From NCBI GenBank assembly GCA_051362555.1, contig CM120641.1:18476001-18540000 (forward strand): a stretch of DNA of 64,000 nucleotides. The letters are read 5' to 3'. The notes under the pieces are model-generated. The model was not told the DNA's origin, ran no database searches, and saw nothing but the letters and a program-made list of their open reading frames with translations. Shown here one piece after another: positions 63,682 to 64,000 of this stretch. Each line of letters starts with the position of its first letter. Position 1 is the stretch's first letter. Source of the DNA: Lingula anatina. Taxonomy: Eukaryota > Animalia > Brachiopoda. Made by a program: the position numbers and the translations under genes.

Positions 63682-64000
63682 CTGAAGTCAAACAATATAT
63701 AAACACATAATTATTCATTGCATTATAACTAAAACGACCAAATGAAAAATGGCAGCTTATCCTTATTAGACATGTAGGCCACATTTCAAAAAAATCAGAA
63801 CACTTTTAGTTTAGGCATAACAACAATGTTCATTCTGACTTTAAGAGTTACAAAATGAGTGAATAAGAGGCAAAATAATGGAAAACTGATTTCAGCTGAC
63901 CCTAGGCTTGCTCATAATTAAATTCCTTTTTTTTCTTGATAAATTTTAGTCACAAATTGAAAAGGGCATGCATTTTATACTTTTTATGTCAAAGTTAAAG

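Overview
AT-rich, intron-rich animal genomic DNA, probably a lophotrochozoan and most likely a mollusc (inferred from the RAR ligand-binding domain). It is not prokaryotic, and most ORF-track entries are spurious or are exons extended into introns. Three spliced genes can be built with frame-consistent splice sites. (1) The 5' half of a thyroid hormone receptor (THR/NR1A) on the minus strand: 4 coding exons, 12425->1053, with most of the LBD left of the window. (2) A complete retinoic acid receptor (RAR/NR1B) on the plus strand: 9 coding exons, 51858->56824, 506 aa, one predicted GC-AG intron, and a probable non-coding first exon near 22.0-22.2 kb. (3) The 3' part of a GRASP55/65 (GORASP) gene on the minus strand, 63681->60362. 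THR and RAR are adjacent and head-to-head, as THRB and RARB are in human. Their introns and promoters carry candidate nuclear-receptor response elements: a perfect DR5 in RAR, and a DR5+DR2 composite, a DR4 and a perfect IR6 in THR. This suggests a possible ancient auto/cross-regulatory TR-RAR block (inference). The rest is MITEs (several with readable TSDs), foldback repeats, a perfect 55-bp palindrome, tandem repeats and microsatellites.
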